Assembly: GCA_036517475.1 (NCBI GenBank)
Contig: DATDVZ010000010.1
Span: forward strand, 15,338 to 79,337
Direction: 5' to 3'
Source of the DNA: Minisyncoccota bacterium
Lineage (GTDB): Bacteria; Patescibacteriota; Minisyncoccia; Phycocordibacterales; Zambryskibacteraceae
Length of the DNA stretch: 64,000 nucleotides
Below, in pieces: positions 18,059 through 28,269 of this stretch. The first letter of the stretch is position 1; each line of letters starts with the position of its first letter. A model generated the notes under the pieces. The model did no database searches. It was given only the letters and a program-made list of their open reading frames with translations, and had not been told where the DNA came from. The position numbers and the translations under genes are program-made.

Positions 18059-19513
18059 TTACTTAATGGGTTTTGACCAATTTAAAACTGTGTCTTGTAT
18101 CTGAAAACTCATAGTCTTGACTTGTTTTGCCATTAAGCCAGGTAAAGAATCTGCCTGTGTTACTGATGTAAGCCAAGGATTATCATTCATAGCATTTCTC
18201 ACCCCAATAGGAACATTCGGTCCGTACCAATCATTACCTCCGGGGTCTATTTCATCAAACCACTCTCCATCGCATATTCCATTTGGCGCCAAATTCCCTC
18301 CAAACATGATGTCACTGCAATTATCGGTTGTATGGCCAGGATTCAGATTGTCATGATTTGGGGCGTTTTGGTCGACAAATTGTATCGTGTGAAAATATTC
18401 ATGGATTAAGGTAGTGCTTTTAGCGGGGTGAATAATCTGAGGACACTCATCACCACTACCCGTAATAATTGCCCCCCACCACGCAGCAACTCCGCCATGA
18501 CCAGCTGGATTGATACCTTGATAGAAGATCATCTGCTTTACTGAATCTCTTATCAGGTTGTAAGACTTCAGCTCATTATGTATGACTCCAAAGGCATTAC
18601 TTTCGCCCGGACCCATAATTTCAGAATGAGAGTATTTTGATTGAAAGAAAAGTATATCAAACTGACCCCCAAAAAGGTCAAATTCAATAGTCTTTCCTAT
18701 ACCATACTTTTGAATTGACTTATTTGCCAGCCAGAACCTTGCATTCTGAATGACCACCCTTAAATATCCAGTTGTATCTAGACCACAATCGGTTGCACCT
18801 CGTGGCAAAAGATAAATAACTTTTGCCATATGGTGGCTTAAAACAGGACTATCCATGCGATTCTTCGTTACCCTCTTTTCAGGAGAGGGGGGCGCAGATA
18901 CAGTCACTTTTATTGTGTCTTCAACAAATCCGTTGTTATTTACACAGCGGATAATGTATAAGCTGGTGGTATCGGGCGAGAACTTCTCTATCAGGGGAGG
19001 ATTTTTTGCACCACTCCAACCACCAGAAGCATTGCAATATAGCGAGTACTGAGCCTCAAGTTCAATTGTTGCCGAATCTGTAATTGAAAAAGCTATTGAA
19101 ACGGGGGTTGCCGTGAATTTTACGATAACAGGCAATTGCGGAGGGGGTGCCACCAAAACCTCCGAACTTGCAGTCGCACTAAGACCTTCCCTTTCAACTT
19201 TTGCAACAATCTTATGGCTACCTTGATTAAACGTCCGTGCAGTGGAATAAAGACTGTTTTCAGAAATCGTATCCACTTCAAATGTCTGTCCGTTATTGAA
19301 ACTTACAAGATAACGGACAGGTCCTTTAGCCGTGCCACCGACAGAGACACCGACATTTACAGAAAGTGGTTCATTCCCGGATTGGGTTGAAAGACTAATT
19401 AAAGCGGATAGAGTTAGGGGAGGTGGAGGCGGGGGTAAGATGATTTCTCCACCGCCACAGGCCGCAAGTGCCAATGCACTTACGGCAATGAAACTGCTCT
19501 GCCGTTTGTGCAT
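18059..19513 (-). CDS. Putative lipoprotein zinc metallopeptidase with Ig/PKD-like domains
   Basis: Lipobox LALAA-C, poly-Pro linker, HEYFH...GH...DIM (metzincin-like); AGGAG SD. Confidence 0.72.
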   Translation of the reverse strand: MHKRQSSFIAVSALALAACGGGEIILPPPPPPLTLSALISLSTQSGNEPLSVNVGVSVGGTAKGPVRYLVSFNNGQTFEVDTISENSLYSTARTFNQGSHKIVAKVEREGLSATASSEVLVAPPPQLPVIVKFTATPVSIAFSITDSATIELEAQYSLYCNASGGWSGAKNPPLIEKFSPDTTSLYIIRCVNNNGFVEDTIKVTVSAPPSPEKRVTKNRMDSPVLSHHMAKVIYLLPRGATDCGLDTTGYLRVVIQNARFWLANKSIQKYGIGKTIEFDLFGGQFDILFFQSKYSHSEIMGPGESNAFGVIHNELKSYNLIRDSVKQMIFYQGINPAGHGGVAAWWGAIITGSGDECPQIIHPAKSTTLIHEYFHTIQFVDQNAPNHDNLNPGHTTDNCSDIMFGGNLAPNGICDGEWFDEIDPGGNDWYGPNVPIGVRNAMNDNPWLTSVTQADSLPGLMAKQVKTMSFQIQDTVLNWSKPIK

Positions 19514-19747
19514 TTTTTTCTCCTATGTCAAAGAACTACGGGGGTTCTCAAAATCTATTCTAATTGTCCAACTTTGAGATGAATTAATCAAGAATTGACA
19601 ATTTATTAAAATGATTTGAAATTTTAAATTCAAAAATTATCTTGTACAGAAGTTAATCCACAATTATCAGTAGTAAACTGAAATTTATGATAAAATATGA
19701 CTAATTATTCTAAAAGCTTACAGCTTGTAGCTAAAAGCTGACATAAT

Positions 19748-20275
19748 ATGCCCCCAGAAAATAATTCCAATTCATCATCTAACAAAAAACTGATTACTTT
19801 GGTCGTTGTTTTTGTCGTATTAATCGCATTGGCATTTCTAATGTTAAAAAGTACCCCCCAAACAGTTACTGATACAGGAACATCTGATCAGGTAACCAGG
19901 GAAAGTGTGAAATTTGAACAGGTTAACTTAGAGGGGGTAATAAGTGAAGAAGAAAAATTGCCTTCCGGCTTTCCAAGAGACATCCCTATTGAAACAAAAG
20001 AAATATTTATAAGCGACACGAAAGTTTATACTGACAGAACTCCAAACGTAACTCTTTATACAGTAAATTACAGAACAGACAAAAGTGTTTCCGTAAAATA
20101 TTCGGAATATTTAAACTACATGACTAAGGCTCTATACTCTTTTGAACAAAACGGTAAAGATGAAAAAAATCATGCACTATACGGTTCCAAAAGTGGAAAC
20201 ACACTCTTAGTTGCTATTTCCAACACTGAAGGTAAAACTGTAGTACAAATTGTTTATACAAAGATAGGTAACTAA
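19748..20275 (+). CDS. Membrane-anchored hypothetical protein
   Basis: N-terminal TM; LPSGFPRDIP motif. Confidence 0.72.
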   Translation: MPPENNSNSSSNKKLITLVVVFVVLIALAFLMLKSTPQTVTDTGTSDQVTRESVKFEQVNLEGVISEEEKLPSGFPRDIPIETKEIFISDTKVYTDRTPNVTLYTVNYRTDKSVSVKYSEYLNYMTKALYSFEQNGKDEKNHALYGSKSGNTLLVAISNTEGKTVVQIVYTKIGN

Positions 20276-20279
20276 AACA

Positions 20280-23200
20280 ATGACTAAAAAAAAATCTATA
20301 AAGAAACCAGAAAGGTTCTCTCGACTAAATTTATTTTTCCTATCAGCTTCTTTATTTATAATTCTAGGAATTATCCCTGGTGCAAAGACTGATGCCCAAG
20401 CAAATGTTCGATTTGATGTGGTTGCAACTTCAGTAAATGACCTTGTAACTGCAAAAAGTAGTAGTCCCGGAACATCTTTCACATCAAACGGGATTTCGGG
20501 AACAACAGGAAGATTAATCACACCAAATGGATCGATAACAATAAGCCTTACACCTGAACAAGCGCTTCCAAACGGTTGGGAATGGCACCTTCTATGGGGA
20601 GATGGTGGACCGATACTGGCAAATAGTTCAACACCTCTGCCTGCAAATGCGGCGACAACTCCTGGCTGGCCTGGATACCCCGCATATGTTGACGCAAGTA
20701 CCCCAGGAACTCCCGGAAGTCCTGGCTTTAGCCCGCAATGTTCTGACAACTCCGATAACGATAACAACAGTTTAACTGATTATCCAAATGACCCAGGCTG
20801 TTTAGACCCAGAAGACAATGATGAAAGCGGTGGGGCAGCAAGTTTTAAATGGTTTAAACCCAAAAATGTATATGCTCAAACTTCTCAAACATTTACATTC
20901 AATATTTCAGGTCTTGATACAAGCCGCTTTTATTCCTTCGCTGTAGAACTTTGCGAACCACCAGGAATAACAACTTGCGGACAGATAGCTTGGGTAAGAG
21001 TAGGCGGACTTGATTTGAGAGGAACTTTAAATCAAACTGACTGGCAAAATTTTAATTTTTCAAATTATTCAAACGGACCAATAAGCGTGTCAGGAGATAA
21101 CTTGTATTTAGGTTCAGTGTGGGGTTCACCTGATGTCAGTTCTTGTCAATTAGTAAGTCCTTATAATACCAACTGGACAGTAAACTCATTCGGGGGGCCT
21201 GATTTGCAAAGATCACTTGGTCTACCATACTTTCCATCAACTTCAGGAAGTACTTACACTGTCATATGCACTTTTACTGATGGTGATGATGTTGCAGATA
21301 GTTTAACTGCAACAGATGCTGCTACAGCAACGATAAATGTAAACCAGCTTTGTACTAACGCTCAACCTGTATCATCCGGCGGCAGTTGGACTCTTAATCC
21401 AAGCGGACAAACTGGAGTTACAAATGCAGTTGTTCCCGGGACATACAATCTCACAGTTAACACACTACCTTCAAATGCCCTGTCAGTTTCATCCGTTACA
21501 AGCTCTGATGGGGGAAACAGCTTAAACATAATTTCCGGCCAGACTAAATCTTTTACAATCAATTACATCTGTATTCCTCCTTCCAATAATCCACCGGATG
21601 CTTATGCCGGACCCGATAAATTCATAACTTTACCAACTTCTTCTTCAGCCCCCACAGGAACATCGGCAACAGATTCAGACGGAACTATTTCAAGTACAGT
21701 CTGGACTAAAATTTCCGGTCCGTCGGCAACAATTACAAACGGAAATACTTTAAATCCCACATTCTCAAACATGAGTAGTGTCGGAACATATGTCTTCCAA
21801 TTAACAGTAACTGATAATGGAAGCCCGGCGCTTACAGATACTGATGATATGCAAGTTGTTGTCTCTGCAGCCCCAAACATTCCTCCTTCCGTATATGCCG
21901 GTACTGATAAAACAATTACTTTGCCGACAACAACTTCTGCCCCGACCAGCGCTTCAGCAACAGATTCAGATGGAACAATTATAAGCCAAAATTGGACTAA
22001 GATTTCAGGTCCATCTGCAACAATTACAAATGGCTCAACTCTCAATCCGACTTTTTCCAATATGAGCAGCGTCGGAACTTATGTTTTCAGATTAACAGCA
22101 ACAGATGACGATGGGGCTTCAGCTTCTGACGATATGCAGGTTACAGTCAATGACGTTTCACCACCGCCACCACCTGCTGGATTAACGGTCACAACATCTT
22201 CAACATGCGGCGGTTATATTAATGTCAGCTGGAATTCTGCCTCTGGAGCAACTGGCTATAAAATTTACAGAGATGGCAGTGGGTCAGGAATTGATGTTGG
22301 AAATGTTTTGACTTACTCTGATGGACCTTTTGCACTCGGTTCAAGTCACTCCTATAGAGTCACGGCGTATAATTCTGGCGGAGAATCTTCTCAAAGCGGC
22401 TCGCAATCAGGCACAGCTTCGGGAACTTGCAACATCTCTCCCACAGCAAATGCCGGACCAGATAAACCAATACAACTTCCAACAACAACATCGGCTCCAA
22501 CCGGAACATCTGCAACAGATTCAGACGGAACTATTTCAAGCACGGTTTGGAGTAAAGACTCTGGGCCGTCGGCAACAATTACCAATGGAAACACTTTGAA
22601 TCCCACATTCTCCAACATGACTACAGCTGGAACATATGTTTTCCGCCTGACTGTTACGGATAATCAAGGTTCGCAAGGATTTGATACTATGCAGGTGGTG
22701 GTGTCTCCGGCGGGCAACATCTCTCCCACAGCAAATGCCGGACCAGATAAATTCATAACTTTACCAACTTCTTCTTCAGCCCCCACTGGCACTTCCGCTA
22801 CTGATTCTGATGGAACGATTACAAGCACCGTTTGGAGTAAAATTTCGGGACCCTCAGCTACTATTTCCAATGGTTCAAGTTTGAGCCCAACATTTTCAAA
22901 TATGAATACTGTTGGAACTTACGTTTTCAGATTAACAGCAACAGATGATGATGGGGCATCGGCAACTAACGATATGCAAGTAGTTGTTTCTGCTGCAGCA
23001 AATGCTCCGCCATCAGCAAATGCCGGACCAGATAAATCAATACAACTTCCGACAAGCACATCAGCACCAACCGGAACTTCTGCGACTGACTCTGACAGCA
23101 CAATTTCAAGTACAGTCTGGACTAAAATTTCCGGTCCGTCGGCAACAATTACAAACGGAAGTACTTTAAATCCCACATTCTCAAACATGAGTAGTGTCGG

Positions 23201-24407
23201 AACATATGTATTCCGATTAACAGTAACTGATAATGGAAGCCCAGCGCTTACAGACACTGACGATATGCAGGTTGTAGTTACTCAATCAACGATAACAGTA
23301 ACAGAAAATGGTGGAGCTGGTGGTACTTGGACAATTAATCCAGGGGGCTATACTGGGGGAAATAACACAGTTACTCCCGCCGCAGCTCCAGGGGGAACAA
23401 CCTACACATTAACAGTTAATAGCGTGCCGGCGGGAAAAACTGTTTCTTCAATTACCTCAACTGATGGTGGCAACTCCCTGAATTTAATTCCTGGACAGAC
23501 GAAAAATTTCACAATCAATTACGGCAGTAACGCCGCACCCACTGCAAATGCTGGACCAGATAAGCCAATTACCCTCCCGACAACAACTTCTGCCCCAACA
23601 GGAACATCTGCTACTGACTCTGATGGAACAATAGCAAGTACAATCTGGAGTTTTCAGGGGGGACCGGGGCCGACTCCGACAATTACAAATGGTTCTACTC
23701 TTAACCCATCATTTTCTGGTATGACTGTAGCAGGAACTTATACTTTCCGTCTGACAGCAACCGATAATCTGGGTGCCACAGGGTCGGATAACATGAATGT
23801 TGTAGTATCTTCTCCGCCTTTTAACTATTCACTTTCAAATAATGGCCCGATAACAATTGTTAAGGGTGGCTCACAGGGCCAAGTTACAATAACTAAAACT
23901 TTAAGTAGCGGCACTGGCCAGAACGTAACCTTAACTGCAACAGGACAACCCGCAGATGTGTCAGTAACATATCCAAATCAGGATTGTGCTCCGACTTGTT
24001 CTGGTTTTGTGACATTTCAAGTCCCCGCTGGTTCCTCTGATAGCCCCGGTCCTTACACCATTACAGTTACTGGACAACCCCTTGGAAAAACTACAATTTT
24101 CAATCTTACAATAAACAATCCAGCCAATGTAACAATCTCACCGTGTAACTCTTTGGGATGCCCGAGTGGAGGCGGACTTATTGGAGACCCAAACACATTT
24201 ACAGCAAATCCAGTGGGGTGCAGTTCTTATACATGGAGCGGAACTGATTTACCAACATCCCCGGCCCCAACAGGCAACCCCCTAAGTTGGACTTATCAGA
24301 CTACTGGCCTTAAAACCATAACAGTTGATACAGTATGTAGTGGAGTACCACGCCAAGGCCAGACAACATTACAGATAAATGTGAATCCATTGTTTAGAGA
24401 ATTTTGA
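20280..24407 (+). CDS. Large surface protein with six PKD/REJ-like repeats and an FN3 domain
   Basis: Repeats P.ANAGPDK.I.LP...SATDSDGTI.ST.W.K.SGP...GTYVFRLT.TD; FN3 (VSWN...GATGYKIYRDG...YRVTAYN); CSDN.DND...DYP.DPGC Ca-binding-like motif. Confidence 0.88.
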   Translation: MTKKKSIKKPERFSRLNLFFLSASLFIILGIIPGAKTDAQANVRFDVVATSVNDLVTAKSSSPGTSFTSNGISGTTGRLITPNGSITISLTPEQALPNGWEWHLLWGDGGPILANSSTPLPANAATTPGWPGYPAYVDASTPGTPGSPGFSPQCSDNSDNDNNSLTDYPNDPGCLDPEDNDESGGAASFKWFKPKNVYAQTSQTFTFNISGLDTSRFYSFAVELCEPPGITTCGQIAWVRVGGLDLRGTLNQTDWQNFNFSNYSNGPISVSGDNLYLGSVWGSPDVSSCQLVSPYNTNWTVNSFGGPDLQRSLGLPYFPSTSGSTYTVICTFTDGDDVADSLTATDAATATINVNQLCTNAQPVSSGGSWTLNPSGQTGVTNAVVPGTYNLTVNTLPSNALSVSSVTSSDGGNSLNIISGQTKSFTINYICIPPSNNPPDAYAGPDKFITLPTSSSAPTGTSATDSDGTISSTVWTKISGPSATITNGNTLNPTFSNMSSVGTYVFQLTVTDNGSPALTDTDDMQVVVSAAPNIPPSVYAGTDKTITLPTTTSAPTSASATDSDGTIISQNWTKISGPSATITNGSTLNPTFSNMSSVGTYVFRLTATDDDGASASDDMQVTVNDVSPPPPPAGLTVTTSSTCGGYINVSWNSASGATGYKIYRDGSGSGIDVGNVLTYSDGPFALGSSHSYRVTAYNSGGESSQSGSQSGTASGTCNISPTANAGPDKPIQLPTTTSAPTGTSATDSDGTISSTVWSKDSGPSATITNGNTLNPTFSNMTTAGTYVFRLTVTDNQGSQGFDTMQVVVSPAGNISPTANAGPDKFITLPTSSSAPTGTSATDSDGTITSTVWSKISGPSATISNGSSLSPTFSNMNTVGTYVFRLTATDDDGASATNDMQVVVSAAANAPPSANAGPDKSIQLPTSTSAPTGTSATDSDSTISSTVWTKISGPSATITNGSTLNPTFSNMSSVGTYVFRLTVTDNGSPALTDTDDMQVVVTQSTITVTENGGAGGTWTINPGGYTGGNNTVTPAAAPGGTTYTLTVNSVPAGKTVSSITSTDGGNSLNLIPGQTKNFTINYGSNAAPTANAGPDKPITLPTTTSAPTGTSATDSDGTIASTIWSFQGGPGPTPTITNGSTLNPSFSGMTVAGTYTFRLTATDNLGATGSDNMNVVVSSPPFNYSLSNNGPITIVKGGSQGQVTITKTLSSGTGQNVTLTATGQPADVSVTYPNQDCAPTCSGFVTFQVPAGSSDSPGPYTITVTGQPLGKTTIFNLTINNPANVTISPCNSLGCPSGGGLIGDPNTFTANPVGCSSYTWSGTDLPTSPAPTGNPLSWTYQTTGLKTITVDTVCSGVPRQGQTTLQINVNPLFREF

Positions 24408-24469
24408 GCGAGGACACATAATAACTTTCCATCAGGAAAGTTATTATGTTTGCGGTATTGTCCGAGCTC

Positions 24470-24759
24470 ACCCTGTCAAATAAAATCAAATTCAAATATG
24501 GGTAGATATTATTATGTGTATGCCCTGCTATCAAAAAAAGATAAAAAATTCTATACTGGTTACACAAATAATTTGATTTTAAGATTTGAGCAACATCAAC
24601 TCGGTCGGGTTGAATCAACGAAATTACGTGGGCCATTTATTCCTGTATATTATGAGGCATGCTTAAGCAAGAAGGATGCTATTCATTGAGAAAGATACTT
24701 GATAACCACATACGGTAAAAGATATCTAAGAAACAGGCTCAAATCTTATTTGACAGGGT
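24470..24759 (+). mobile_element. 290-bp element with 14-bp terminal inverted repeats carrying a GIY-YIG gene
   Basis: ACCCTGTCAAATAA (24470-24483) is the exact reverse complement of TTATTTGACAGGGT (24746-24759). Confidence 0.6.
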
Positions 24760-24761
24760 AA
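24498..24761 (+). pseudogene. Small GIY-YIG nuclease with an internal TGA
   Basis: YYVYAL.S.KD..FYTGYT.NL..R..QH..G...STK.R.P....YYEA....DAIH*ERYL.TTYGKRYLRNRLKSYLTG; the stop at 24687-24689 falls where this family has the Arg of the RE motif. Confidence 0.85.
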
Positions 24762-26513
24762 ATGCACATTGAAGAAAAACAACTGAAAGAATTTATTCTT
24801 GATTCGGGACTTGTGTCTCGAAGCCAGATTGATGCGGCGGAAAAAGAGGCAAAAGCAAAAAAACAAAGCGTGGGTAAAATTCTGGTAAGTCAGGGCAAAA
24901 TTACAGAGGACGACCTAAGAAGAATCCAGGCCTATATACTTGGAATCCCCTTCGTTGACCTCAAGACCACTCATACTGATTTTGAAACCCTCTCCCTTAT
25001 ACCCGAGCCGATTGCAAGAAGCCATAATATTATCGCTTTCCGCAGGAAAGATGATTCTCTAGAAGTTGCCATGCTTGAAATTGAGGATTTGGCAGCAATT
25101 GATTTTATCCGGAAAAAAACAGGACTCAAAATTCTGCCCCGTCTTACTGACACTGAGTCAATAAAAAGCGCGCTTCTCTCATATCAAAAATCCCTTAAAG
25201 CAGAGTTCGGCGATATTATTGAAAAAGAGGTTGGATCAATAAAAAATCTCAAGGTCGGAACAGATGAAGACTTAAATGAAGTTGATTTAAAAAAACTTGC
25301 CGAAGATATTCCTGTTGTCCGCATAGTAGATACGCTGCTCAAGCATGCCATCATTCAGGATGCTTCAGATATCCATATTGAACCTCAAGAAAAAGAGGTA
25401 TTGGTACGTTATCGTATTGACGGAATTTTGCGTGATGCTATGGTCTTGCCCAAAAATACAGCGGGAGCAATAACTGCAAGAATAAAAGTCCTTGCAAATT
25501 TAAAGCTAGATGAAAAAAGAATCCCGCAGGACGGCAGATTTAAAATAGATACCAGCAGTGAAAGAGTTTCGCTTCGAGTTTCTACTCTGCCTACATATTT
25601 CGGTGAAAAAACAGTCATGAGACTTCTGCGCGAGGGTTCTTCAGGATTTACTCTTGAAGCTTTGGGCTTCCATGGTGATGGTCTTGAGAAATTGCATAAG
25701 GCGGTCAAACTTGCAAATGGCATGATTTTAACAACTGGCCCGACAGGTTGCGGTAAAACTACAACTCTTTACACCCTCCTTGATATTTTAAACACTCCGG
25801 ACGTCAATATTTCCACAATTGAAGATCCTATTGAATATCAGATTCAAAGAATTAACCAGACACAAGTTAAACCTGAAATTGGTTTTACTTTTGCAACAGG
25901 ATTAAGAACCCTTGTCCGTCAGGATCCAGATATAATCATGGTTGGAGAAATCAGAGATACCGAGACGGCCGCCCTTGCGGTAAATGCGGCCCTGACCGGA
26001 CATTTGGTCTTATCGTCTCTGCATACCAACTCCGCCGCCGGAACAATAGCGCGTTTAATTGATATGAAAATTGAGCCGTTTCTCCTGACTTCCACGCTTT
26101 CAGTTATTGTTGCCCAACGTCTTATCAGGCGTCTTTCTGAAACTAAAGAAAAATATTTTATGTCAAAAGAGGAAATCGACTCCCTTTCCAAAATTGTTGA
26201 TCTTGAAAGAGTTATGCGTTTTCTGAAAGAAGAAAAGATAGTAACTAAAAACACCGAATGGCAGGAAATACCAGTTTACAAACCGATTCCTTCATCAGAA
26301 AGTGAGGATGGTTATAAATCTAGAATCGGCATCCACGAGGTTTTGGTCGTAAGCCAATCAGCGCGTGACCTTATTATGAAAGGAGTTACCACAGAAGAAT
26401 TAGAAGAGCAAGCAAAAAAAGAGGGGATGCTTACAATGCTTGAAGATGGAGTATTCAAAGTAGTTCAAGGTATTACAACAGTGGAGGAAGTTTTGAGGGT
26501 AGTTTCAGAATAG
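24762..26513 (+). CDS. pilB: Type IV pilus assembly ATPase PilB/GspE
   Basis: ASDIHIEP, PQDGR, GPTGCGKTTT, TIEDPIE, RQDPDIIMVGEIRD, TGHLV. Confidence 0.94.
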   Translation: MHIEEKQLKEFILDSGLVSRSQIDAAEKEAKAKKQSVGKILVSQGKITEDDLRRIQAYILGIPFVDLKTTHTDFETLSLIPEPIARSHNIIAFRRKDDSLEVAMLEIEDLAAIDFIRKKTGLKILPRLTDTESIKSALLSYQKSLKAEFGDIIEKEVGSIKNLKVGTDEDLNEVDLKKLAEDIPVVRIVDTLLKHAIIQDASDIHIEPQEKEVLVRYRIDGILRDAMVLPKNTAGAITARIKVLANLKLDEKRIPQDGRFKIDTSSERVSLRVSTLPTYFGEKTVMRLLREGSSGFTLEALGFHGDGLEKLHKAVKLANGMILTTGPTGCGKTTTLYTLLDILNTPDVNISTIEDPIEYQIQRINQTQVKPEIGFTFATGLRTLVRQDPDIIMVGEIRDTETAALAVNAALTGHLVLSSLHTNSAAGTIARLIDMKIEPFLLTSTLSVIVAQRLIRRLSETKEKYFMSKEEIDSLSKIVDLERVMRFLKEEKIVTKNTEWQEIPVYKPIPSSESEDGYKSRIGIHEVLVVSQSARDLIMKGVTTEELEEQAKKEGMLTMLEDGVFKVVQGITTVEEVLRVVSE

Positions 26514-26541
26514 CTAAAATTTTAATTTAAATTTTAATATC

Positions 26542-27759
26542 GTGGCAATATACAAATTTAAGGCAATAGGAAAAGAAGGAAAAACTTACGAGAGTACGAT
26601 TGAAGCAACTGATCGTGCCGCAGTATTTGAGAAAATAAAAAAGGATGGCGGAACGATCCTATATCTTGATGAGATAAAATCAAAAGTAAATCCTCTTTCA
26701 AAAATATTTTCCCAGTTTTCAACAATAAAAACGTATGAAAAAATTACTTTTGCTAGAAACCTTGGATCAATGATTGAGGCGGGTCTTTCAGTCACACGTG
26801 CTCTAGGAGTTATGGAAAAACAAACTAAAAACAAAAAACTTAAGGAGCTCCTTAACAAAGTCTACGATGACATTTCACATGGTAAAAATTTAAGTGAGGC
26901 CTTAAGAAATTTTCAGAAAGTTTTTTCACCGCTTTTTATCTCAATGGTTAAGGCTGGAGAAGAGAGCGGCAATCTGGCTCAATCTTTAAAAATCATATCT
27001 TTGCAGATGGAGCGTTCCTATGCATTAGTAAGAAAAGTTCGTGGCGCCCTAATCTATCCTGCAGTGATAATTTCAGTTATGATCGTAATCGGTATTCTTA
27101 TGATGATTTATATGGTTCCTACTCTTTCTGCGACCTTTCAAGGTCTGGGAATTGATTTGCCTCTTACAACTAGAATAATAATTTCAATAAGTGATTTCTT
27201 GAGATATAAATTCTTGCTATTCATTAGCATTGTGGTTGTAATCGCACTTGGAACCATACTTTTCTTCAGAAGTGTGAAGGGTAGAAGGATTTTTGATTTT
27301 CTGGTTATAAGATTGCCGCTTGTTGGATCTCTTGTACGCGAAGTTAATGCCGCTAGAACCGCCAGAACTCTTTCTTCGCTCTTATCCTCTGGAGTTGAAG
27401 TGGTGGGAGCGCTATCAGTTACTAGAGATGTGATACAAAACAGTTATTACAAGGAAGTCTTAGGAAAGGCGGAAGTTGTAATTCAAAAAGGAGAACCAAT
27501 ATCATCAATCTTTATCCAAAATGAAAAACTTTATCCCATTTTCGTCGGTGAAATGATTGCGGTGGGGGAAGAAACAGGAAAACTCTCCGACATGCTTCTG
27601 GGGGTTGCAAACTTTTATGAAGAGGAGGTTGATCAAAAAACAAAAAATCTCTCAACTGTCATTGAGCCGGTTTTGATGGTGATAATCGGGGTAGCTGTCG
27701 GAATTTTTGCAATATCAATGCTTATGCCGACATACTCTTTGGTTGATAAAATCGGTTGA
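26542..27759 (+). CDS. pilC: Type IV pilus platform protein PilC/GspF
   Basis: MVKAGEESGNL, ALIYP, GEETGKL, IEP. Confidence 0.93.
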   Translation: MAIYKFKAIGKEGKTYESTIEATDRAAVFEKIKKDGGTILYLDEIKSKVNPLSKIFSQFSTIKTYEKITFARNLGSMIEAGLSVTRALGVMEKQTKNKKLKELLNKVYDDISHGKNLSEALRNFQKVFSPLFISMVKAGEESGNLAQSLKIISLQMERSYALVRKVRGALIYPAVIISVMIVIGILMMIYMVPTLSATFQGLGIDLPLTTRIIISISDFLRYKFLLFISIVVVIALGTILFFRSVKGRRIFDFLVIRLPLVGSLVREVNAARTARTLSSLLSSGVEVVGALSVTRDVIQNSYYKEVLGKAEVVIQKGEPISSIFIQNEKLYPIFVGEMIAVGEETGKLSDMLLGVANFYEEEVDQKTKNLSTVIEPVLMVIIGVAVGIFAISMLMPTYSLVDKIG

Positions 27760-27768
27760 TAAAATCCA

Positions 27769-28269
27769 ATGAGACCAAATGTTAATTACAAAAAAAAGAG
27801 ACTCTTTACCCCGTTAGAGAAAACCCCAACTGGGTTTACTGCAATAGAAATCTTAATATCTGTGGCAATTCTTGCCGCCCTTGCAATTCTTACCTTCTCA
27901 TCATTTTCTAGCCTCTCTCAAAGCCAGATTTTGGAAAAAGAGTCTCTAAATGTTCTTTCAGCAATTGAAAAAGCCCGGTCAATGACTCTATCGTCAGAGA
28001 AGGATTCAGTGTGGGGGGTTCGTTTTGACACAGACTCCGTTGTAATTTTTAAGGAGAATTACTCTTCAGGAGACCCAGATAATATTACAATTGATCTTAA
28101 CTCTGGAGTTACGATAAGTTCCACCAACTTAAACGGGGGTGGAAGTAGTGTTATTTTTGAAAAATTAACTGGTGAAACACAAAACTTTGGTACTACCACA
28201 TTGAGATCTAAGATAAATTCAACAAAAAATATTATAATTTTAAGTACCGGAATAGCCCAAATAAAATGA
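27769..28269 (+). CDS. Type IV pilin-like protein
   Basis: G|FTAIEILISVAIL prepilin motif. Confidence 0.85.
   Translation: MRPNVNYKKKRLFTPLEKTPTGFTAIEILISVAILAALAILTFSSFSSLSQSQILEKESLNVLSAIEKARSMTLSSEKDSVWGVRFDTDSVVIFKENYSSGDPDNITIDLNSGVTISSTNLNGGGSSVIFEKLTGETQNFGTTTLRSKINSTKNIIILSTGIAQIK

Noticed and set aside
24687-24689. In-frame TGA in the GIY-YIG gene as evidence for genetic code 25 (TGA=Gly) or selenocysteine
   Set aside because: The position corresponds to a conserved Arg (likely CGA or AGA to TGA), and TGA is a normal stop for pilC, comEC and dnaN in this window.
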